Source: Ostreococcus lucimarinus (taxonomy: Eukaryota). Taken from it: a stretch of DNA of 64,000 nucleotides. Where the stretch lies: assembly GCA_000092065.1 (NCBI GenBank), contig CP000583.1, one strand, 5' to 3'. Positions 58,507-64,000 of the stretch are shown here, one piece after another (the first letter of the stretch is position 1; each line of letters begins with the position of its first letter). Both the position numbers and the translations under genes were made by a program. Below the pieces are notes generated by a model. That model was not told the DNA's origin and did no database searches. It saw nothing but the letters and a program-made list of their open reading frames with translations.

Positions 58507-60432
58507 ATGCGCGCGGCGGTGACGCGGGCGACGCCGGGGGGGCGCGCGGGCGAGGCGAGCGGGCGGGGGGGAGGGAGGGCGCGCGCGGGGACGCGCGGGA
58601 CGCGGGCGACGCGGGGACGCGCGCGATTCGTGGCGACGCGCACGAGCGGTAGCGTGGGGGACGCGGAAGCGCAGGAGGGAGATGAGCCGGACGTGAACGA
58701 TATGTTCGCGGCGGCGGCGAATGAAATGCAGGCGTCGGAACGATTGGAGCGGGACATTCCGGAGTCGATGACGGTGAGGAAGTCGGCGCCGAGGACGATG
58801 GCGTCGTTCGACGGCGCGGACGAGGATGATGAGGGGAACACTGTGTTGGAAACCGTTCTCGATGTCGCGCGCGATCCGGAGAAGGTCATCAAGGGCGTTG
58901 CCGCGGCGGTGACGTTGGGGACGGCGTACACGGTGGCGAGCGAGCCGGCCTTGGCCGCGGGAGGGGCGGCGGCGGCGCTCCTCGTCATCAAGGTTCTCGA
59001 AGCGTTGGCGAAGGAGGGAGATCAAACTCCGGCTGAATTCCAAGCGTCGCTTAAGAAGGATATCAAACCGTTGATGGAAAAGTTGCCGAAAGATTTCGAC
59101 GCGGAGGCGCTCACGAAGAAGGCGTCGGAGACCGGGGCGAAACTCTTTGAAAGGGCGCAGTCGGTGACTGATTCTTTCGATGAGGTGTTTGGTGGGTTGA
59201 ACTTTGGTGGCGACGCAGACGATGAAGCCGAAGCCGCGGCTTCCAAGTTGCTTGAAATCCGTAGGGCGGACGAGAAGGCTGCGTTGGAAGCGCAAGCCGC
59301 CGAAGACGCCGCGGCGTCGTTCGCCGAAACCGAGGCCAAGGCCAAGGCTGACGCTGCCGCCGCCGCCGCCGCCGCCGCCGCTGAAGCCAAGGCGAAGGCT
59401 GACGCCGAAGCCGCGAAGATTGCCGCCGAAGCCAAGGCGAAGGCTGACGCCGAAGCCAAGGCGAAGGCTGACGCCGAAGCCGCGAAGATTGCCGCCGAAG
59501 CCAAGGCGAAGGCTGATGCCGAAGCCAAGGCGAAGGCTGATGCCGAAGCCAAGGCGAAGGCTGACGCCGAAGCCGCGAAGATTGCCGCCGAAGCCAAGGC
59601 GAAGGCTGACGCCGAAGCCAAGGCGAAGGCTGACGCCGAAGCCAAGGCGAAGGCTGACGCCGAAGCCGCGAAGATTGCCGCCGAAGCCAAGGCGAAGGCT
59701 GATGCCGAAGCCAAGGCGAAGGCTGACGCCGAAGCCAAGGCGAAGGCTGACGCCGAAGCCGCGAAGATTGCCGCCGAAGCCAAGGCGAAGGCTGACGCCG
59801 AAGCCGCGAAGATTGCTGCTGCCAAGGCGAAGGCTGACGCCGAAGCCAAGGCGAAGGCTGATGCCGAAGCTGCGAAGGTTGCCGCTGCCAAGGCAAAGGC
59901 TGATGCCGACGCCGAAGTTAAGGCGAAACGCGCGGCTGAAGCTGAAGCCAAGAAGCGCTCGCAAGAGGAAGCCGAACAGAAGGTTGCGCAACAAGTGATG
60001 GCGGCACAGAAGGTGGCGAAGAAACAAGAAGAGTGGGAGAACTCTTTGCTAAAATTGCAGTACAGCGAGCAGATCATTGAAGATATTCGCGTCGCGGACG
60101 CAAACGCGGTTGAACGCGCGCATGCGCGTCGCCTCGGATTGGATTTCACCCCAGAAGTGGCAAAACAAATGCCAGGAACCGAGTACTCTTGGGGCTCGCA
60201 GACGAACGTCAAACCTGGTGAAGTGATCAGCGCTTTGAACTCCGCCGATGAAGGTTTTGCGTCGTCGAAGAACCGCGCTCGTTCGGCGCTCGGATTGCCG
60301 CAGAAAGACGACCAGCCGGTGGCGGAGAAGCAAGAGCCGTGGTGGGCGACTTTCATAAGAGTTTTCGTGAACATGTTGATCGCTGCCGCCATCGCTGCGT
60401 TCACGTACTTGGTCGTTCGTAGCATGCTGTAA
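58507..60432 (+). CDS. Tail-anchored (AKAKADAE)n repeat protein, hypothetical
   Basis: The track start at 58177 is TTG. The first ATG is at 58507 ('MRAAVTRATPGGRAGEASGRGGG...', presequence-like), giving 641 aa. Hydrophobic/amphipathic 'GVAAAVTLGTAYTVASEPALAAGGAAAALLVI'. About 190 aa of 'AEAKAKADAEAAKIAAE...' repeats. Non-repetitive C-domain, then terminal TM 'WWATFIRVFVNMLIAAAIAAFTYLVV' 5 aa before the stop. Confidence 0.7.
   Translation: MRAAVTRATPGGRAGEASGRGGGRARAGTRGTRATRGRARFVATRTSGSVGDAEAQEGDEPDVNDMFAAAANEMQASERLERDIPESMTVRKSAPRTMASFDGADEDDEGNTVLETVLDVARDPEKVIKGVAAAVTLGTAYTVASEPALAAGGAAAALLVIKVLEALAKEGDQTPAEFQASLKKDIKPLMEKLPKDFDAEALTKKASETGAKLFERAQSVTDSFDEVFGGLNFGGDADDEAEAAASKLLEIRRADEKAALEAQAAEDAAASFAETEAKAKADAAAAAAAAAAEAKAKADAEAAKIAAEAKAKADAEAKAKADAEAAKIAAEAKAKADAEAKAKADAEAKAKADAEAAKIAAEAKAKADAEAKAKADAEAKAKADAEAAKIAAEAKAKADAEAKAKADAEAKAKADAEAAKIAAEAKAKADAEAAKIAAAKAKADAEAKAKADAEAAKVAAAKAKADADAEVKAKRAAEAEAKKRSQEEAEQKVAQQVMAAQKVAKKQEEWENSLLKLQYSEQIIEDIRVADANAVERAHARRLGLDFTPEVAKQMPGTEYSWGSQTNVKPGEVISALNSADEGFASSKNRARSALGLPQKDDQPVAEKQEPWWATFIRVFVNMLIAAAIAAFTYLVVRSML
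59335..59925 (+). repeat. Coding tandem repeat: 24-nt 'gccaaggcgaaggctga(c/t)gccgaa' (AKAKADAE) interspersed with 21-nt 'gccgcgaagattgccgccgaa' (AAKIAAE); includes three consecutive 93-nt higher-order units
   Basis: AAKIAAE units start at 59410, 59479, 59572, 59665, 59758 and 59803, giving spacings of 69, 93, 93, 93 and 45 nt. The three 93-nt units differ only at the Asp third position (gac/gat). Confidence 0.92.
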
Positions 60433-60491
60433 ATTTCGCGCATAAGGACACATTTAATGAGCAAACTTGATCTTATCATTACACTTCTCGT

Positions 60492-63467
60492 TTAGGACGC
60501 TTTCAGTAGAACCTCGAGGATGGAGTCGGGCGCGATTCTTGCCACGTCGTCGTCGTCCGCAATCAAGGTGTCCGGTACCTTGAAAATCTGAAGCACTTGC
60601 ACGGGCTTAACTCTGAATTTGAGCGCAATCTCTTCTCGTAGTTCAAGGTACGTCTGTCGACCGAAAGGAATCTCGCGATAGTAACGCTCATTTGGAACCT
60701 TCACCTTGAGAGACACCGCTTGGTCGATAGGAAGTCCGATGGCTTGCTTGTCGACCTTGGCACGCATTCGGCGCGTATTATCAATGATTGTCGCCGCGTC
60801 TTCTGGCGTTAGCACCGCCGCTTCTTGCAATTCGGTGAAAAATCTAATCTTCAACGTCTCTGGACGAAGCTTTGCCGGTACTGATGCTCGTCTGGTTATC
60901 GTGAGATGCACATCGAGCAGAAATCCATGCTTGACGTCGTACACGAGTTCAATGATGGGGAGGTATCCTTCCCAACGCGTGATATCTTCCTCTTGCCACC
61001 TGACGCGCTGAATTGTGGTATCACCATTCGCGACACCATCTTCGCCAATGATAGCTTTGAACGCCAAATACTCGTCGAGAGCGTCGAGATTCATTGGTTT
61101 GTTCACCTTGATGCGATATGAAATTGCTCCCGCAGACTTGTCATCGATCGCCCTCGTTAAATAATACACGCCAAACGCAACCCCGACCCACGTACACATG
61201 CTAAGAATGAACCAGACCAGTGGTTTGTTCATAAACGGATCAACAATGTACGATCGAGCCCACTCTGTGTGCACGACGCTCCATTCGCCAGTGAGTCTGT
61301 CGAGCAACTCAAACGCAAGCATACCCGCGAAAATGAACTGCATGGTGTATAAGCTTGTCCCTTGTTTGCTGTTCGACTTGATTTGCACCAGCATCTCTCC
61401 ACTACTACCGCGAATGTCTTCGTGCACGCGCAACGCCTGCGACTCGGCTACTGTGTCCACCATGATTCGTAACCCATCGATTTCTTTGCGCGCCGCCTCG
61501 AGGATTTTCCGCATATCCGCCACACGAACCGTGAGATCAGCGAGCATAACTTTCAGGCCAAGGATTTCATAAAGTCTTCTTCCGCTTTCAGTATCTGGAA
61601 TGGTGTGAATACTCTCGTCTTGTTCGATTGATTCCTTCAAGTACACCAGGATTTCCTCGAGCAAAATGATGTCGCGCGAAGTCTCAGCGAGAGTGTGACG
61701 AATATTCGCAACACTGTTCGGATCTTCCTCGTGATTTTTAATCATCTGCCGGACGAGCTTGAGAATGTCATCCGTCATAAATATTCTGTTGAATACGTTG
61801 TGCACGAAGACATCTCTGGACATGATGGACAGGTACATCAACATCACTGGTTCCTGCGCCTTGGCGTTTGGGCCCGTGAGTAAGATGCCGTGAGAACCGG
61901 TGATGACGACATCACGGTCGCTCAAATCGTACGCTTCGTGCGTATCACCTAATACTTGTCTTAACTCGTTTTCGAACGCGTCCTTATCCATGTACATGTC
62001 CGCAGCCTGTTGCGGGGCAATGCGCTCGGCGATGATGATGTTAATTTTGTCTCGTCGTTCGGCGTTACCGAGGAAAACAGTTTGGAGCAAATCACGCTGA
62101 TGATCGCTCAATAGCGAATCTAAAATCGTACTTGAGTCCATATGCACGTCCACGAGTAAGCGCGCCAAGTTATCGAGCGAGATATTGTCCAAAATTCGAT
62201 CCATGACTGATTCAATCATCAAACCGTGCACAATGGTGCCGTCTTTGCGCAAGTGAATGCCAAAGTGCTCGACTTGCACGATACCATCGTCCTCAGGGAA
62301 GTGTACTTGAGCCTCAATGTTGGTGAACGTCGTCATATCATGGTCCAAAATGCTTACATTTGTCAAACCAGCTGGGATCTCACACGTTGCGTTGGTCGAG
62401 TCCGTATCCACCGTGGGGGTGAAGAATCCGCCCTGACATCTGTCGTTTGATCCCAGCTTCATGTTCAACTTGACGATTTGATTCACTCCGAACGGAATCC
62501 ATTCACCAACTAAGATTGTCACGTTGGATACCGTCATGACCTCGTCCAAATCATCGCGAATCGTGCTGTCTTTAGCCGCGCTCTCCGACGCTCGGTGCGA
62601 ATTTGACGACGTCACGGGACCACCTACACGCCGTAAAGCCAACGGAAGATACGGTGATACGACGTACGACACGTCTTCTACATCAGTTATTGTCGATTCG
62701 AACGAAATCGTTTCATTTCTCAAGTAAAAGGTCTCATCTTCCCACACCACTTGCAAAAGTTTCCCGTCGGCGACGCACAGCTCGTCCACCAACTGTCGAT
62801 CCTCTTCGCTCATGCGCTTACTCACGAGCGCCAACCCAGCGGCGGTGATCTGAAACGCCAAAACGCTCTGATGTTCCGCACTGCTCAGCCTCAACCCACG
62901 AATGAGCTCTCCCTCGATCAAATCGTCCAAATCGTCCACCCCCTCCTGCGACACGTTCAAGTACAAGCGCGTATTCTTCACCACCGTCGACTCCGGCGCG
63001 TAATCGTACTCGAACACCTTCTGCACGATCCCCTCATAAATCAACACCAACAGCGGCAACTTCCGCACCCACACCTCCTTCTCGTACGCCGACTGCGCGC
63101 GGTGCGAATACTTCGACACCAAGTACAACAGCTTCAGGTGGCTCACCGTCCAGTAATCGTCGTGAAACTCTCGACGCACTCTCGGCGTCAACCGCGCCGT
63201 CTCCGCCCTCGCGTCGACCAACGGTTTATCCTCGTACCCACTCCCCATCGTTTCCCACCCCCCCCCGCCGCGCCCGTCCTCGCCGTCGTCCTCGCGCGCG
63301 CCCTCGCGCGCGCCGTTCCCCCGCGGCTCGCGTCCCATCGTCGTCGTCGTCGTCCCCCCCCGCGCGTCGTCGCGCGTCCGCTCGCGCCGCACCGCGCCGT
63401 CGCGCACCGCCCGCTGCGCCTCGCGCGCGCCCGCGTCCGCGAGTCGCGCGATCGCGCGCGCGTCCAT
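60492..63467 (-). CDS. Large conserved-looking hypothetical protein (991 aa) with two closely spaced TM helices and a C-terminal ubiquitin-like/PB1-like module
   Basis: The track start at 63530 is GTG. ATG at 63467 ('MDARAIARLADAG'). The sequence is long and non-repetitive. Coiled-coil-like 'LADLTVRVADMRKILEAARKEIDGLRIMVD' precedes TM1 'LYTMQFIFAGMLAFELL' and TM2 'LVWFILSMCTWVGVAFGVYYL'. C-terminus 'YYREIPFGRQTYLELREEIALKFRVKPVQVLQIFKVPDTLIADDDDV'. I do not recognise a family. Confidence 0.7.
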   Translation of the reverse strand: MDARAIARLADAGAREAQRAVRDGAVRRERTRDDARGGTTTTTMGREPRGNGAREGAREDDGEDGRGGGGWETMGSGYEDKPLVDARAETARLTPRVRREFHDDYWTVSHLKLLYLVSKYSHRAQSAYEKEVWVRKLPLLVLIYEGIVQKVFEYDYAPESTVVKNTRLYLNVSQEGVDDLDDLIEGELIRGLRLSSAEHQSVLAFQITAAGLALVSKRMSEEDRQLVDELCVADGKLLQVVWEDETFYLRNETISFESTITDVEDVSYVVSPYLPLALRRVGGPVTSSNSHRASESAAKDSTIRDDLDEVMTVSNVTILVGEWIPFGVNQIVKLNMKLGSNDRCQGGFFTPTVDTDSTNATCEIPAGLTNVSILDHDMTTFTNIEAQVHFPEDDGIVQVEHFGIHLRKDGTIVHGLMIESVMDRILDNISLDNLARLLVDVHMDSSTILDSLLSDHQRDLLQTVFLGNAERRDKINIIIAERIAPQQAADMYMDKDAFENELRQVLGDTHEAYDLSDRDVVITGSHGILLTGPNAKAQEPVMLMYLSIMSRDVFVHNVFNRIFMTDDILKLVRQMIKNHEEDPNSVANIRHTLAETSRDIILLEEILVYLKESIEQDESIHTIPDTESGRRLYEILGLKVMLADLTVRVADMRKILEAARKEIDGLRIMVDTVAESQALRVHEDIRGSSGEMLVQIKSNSKQGTSLYTMQFIFAGMLAFELLDRLTGEWSVVHTEWARSYIVDPFMNKPLVWFILSMCTWVGVAFGVYYLTRAIDDKSAGAISYRIKVNKPMNLDALDEYLAFKAIIGEDGVANGDTTIQRVRWQEEDITRWEGYLPIIELVYDVKHGFLLDVHLTITRRASVPAKLRPETLKIRFFTELQEAAVLTPEDAATIIDNTRRMRAKVDKQAIGLPIDQAVSLKVKVPNERYYREIPFGRQTYLELREEIALKFRVKPVQVLQIFKVPDTLIADDDDVARIAPDSILEVLLKAS

Positions 63468-63734
63468 CGTCGCGCGCGCGTCGCTTAGTGCGACGCGCGC
63501 GCGACGCGAACGGGCGCCGCGGGCGCGCACGGTGCGCGATGCGGGACGGGATTTCGTGACGCGTTTTTACCCCGATCGATCGATCGGACGTTGGACGCGC
63601 ACATAGCACTAACGGCGCGTACACTACGCGCGACGCGAACGAATAGGGGCGCGACGCGGGACGGGATTTTGTGATTTGACGGCGCGGATTCGATTCGATT
63701 CGATTCGACGCGACGGGCGTCGGACGGCGACGCG

Positions 63735-64000
63735 ATGCCGGCGGTGGACGACCCGAAGTGGCGCGACGACGAGCGCAAGGGCGCGCCGGTCGTCACGCTG
63801 CACACGACGCACGGGGACGTGACGGTGGAGCTGTACTATAAACACGCGCCGCGGACGTGCGAAAACTTTTTCGAGCTCGCGAAGCGCGGGTACTACGACG
63901 GGACGATCTTCCATCGCGTGATCGCGGAGTTCGTGATCCAGGGGGGGGATCCGACGGGGACGGGGCGGGGGGGGGAGAGCGCGTTCGGCGGGACGTTCGA
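63735..64000 (+). CDS. PPIL1: Cyclophilin-type peptidyl-prolyl cis-trans isomerase (PPIL1-like), 5' part; truncated by the window edge
   Basis: Not in the ORF track because there is no stop before the window end. ATG at 63735. 'MPAVDDPKWRDDERKGAPVVTLHTTHGDVTVELYYKHAPRTCENFFELAKRGYYDGTIFHRVIAEFVIQGGDPTGTGRGGESAFGGTF'. Confidence 0.9.
   Translation, partial: MPAVDDPKWRDDERKGAPVVTLHTTHGDVTVELYYKHAPRTCENFFELAKRGYYDGTIFHRVIAEFVIQGGDPTGTGRGGESAFGGTF

Noticed and set aside
59335-59925. Regular 24-nt repeats that could superficially suggest a CRISPR array or satellite.
   Set aside because: There are no unique spacers. The repeats are contiguous, in frame and translate to a clean peptide repeat inside a 641-aa ORF. 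The genome context is eukaryotic.
57925-60027. 811-aa minus-strand ORF ('GFGVSLRLGFGISLRLGFGGNLRGFG...' repeats).
   Set aside because: It is the antisense reading of the plus-strand AKAKADAE repeat gene, so the periodicity is mirrored. It is R/G/L/S low-complexity upstream of the repeat. Only the last 110 codons (57592-57924) look like a real gene.
1-64000. Prokaryotic reading of the window (operons, defence islands, phage or mobile elements), prompted by many bacterial-type enzymes (EF-P, SufS, Obg, RsmE, RluA, SerC, HemF, NCS1).
   Set aside because: - Eukaryote-only genes are interleaved with them.
- Eight introns are required to restore conserved sequences.
- The bacterial-type proteins carry N-terminal presequences typical of organelle import.
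- No transposase, integrase, reverse transcriptase, terminal inverted repeats or tRNA-flanked island were seen.

Overview
This window is eukaryotic nuclear DNA, not prokaryotic. It is very GC-rich and extremely gene-dense: I count about 37 protein-coding genes in 64 kb, roughly one per 1.7 kb.

Evidence for a eukaryote:
- Eukaryote-only genes are present: CCT1, RPSA, RPL39, TRAPP, ULP1, VAP, PPIP5K/VIP1, ENSA and PPIL1.
- Eight short spliceosomal introns are needed to restore conserved protein sequence.

Evidence for a photosynthetic host: many bacterial-type genes carry Ala/Arg/Ser/Thr-rich presequences that look like organelle targeting signals (EF-P, SufS, ObgC, CPOX, PSAT, beta-amylase, a DesD-like desaturase, and an ESV1/LESV-like Trp-repeat protein). 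I infer a green picoalga of the Mamiellophyceae type (Ostreococcus/Micromonas-like), but I cannot confirm the species.

I found no rRNA, tRNA, CRISPR array, transposase or integrase.

Caveat on the supplied ORF track:
- It starts ORFs at GTG/TTG as well as ATG. Many listed N-termini are therefore antisense or 5' read-through, and I re-anchored starts on in-frame ATGs checked in the sequence.
- It misses short exons (EF-P, PHD protein, CCT1, VAP, RPL39), a 110-aa endosulfine gene hidden in an 811-aa artefact ORF, and a cyclophilin gene that runs off the 3' edge.

Most interesting signal: a single 7.1-kb ORF (40899-48035, minus strand) fuses four parts.
- A 12-TM NCS1-type nucleobase permease.
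- About 1,400 aa of hyper-charged E/R/K/A/D helix.
- An (AKAKADAE)n module.
- A globular C-terminal domain.

A second protein 10 kb away (58507-60432, plus strand) is tail-anchored and carries the same (AKAKADAE)n module, written in different codons. Together they look like a candidate membrane-to-membrane tether or spacer pair.

Other notable points:
- A probable GC-AG intron in CCT1.
- An ATG-only first coding exon in RPL39.
- Spacers of 27-72 bp between neighbouring genes.
- Several tandem motif arrays in divergent promoters.
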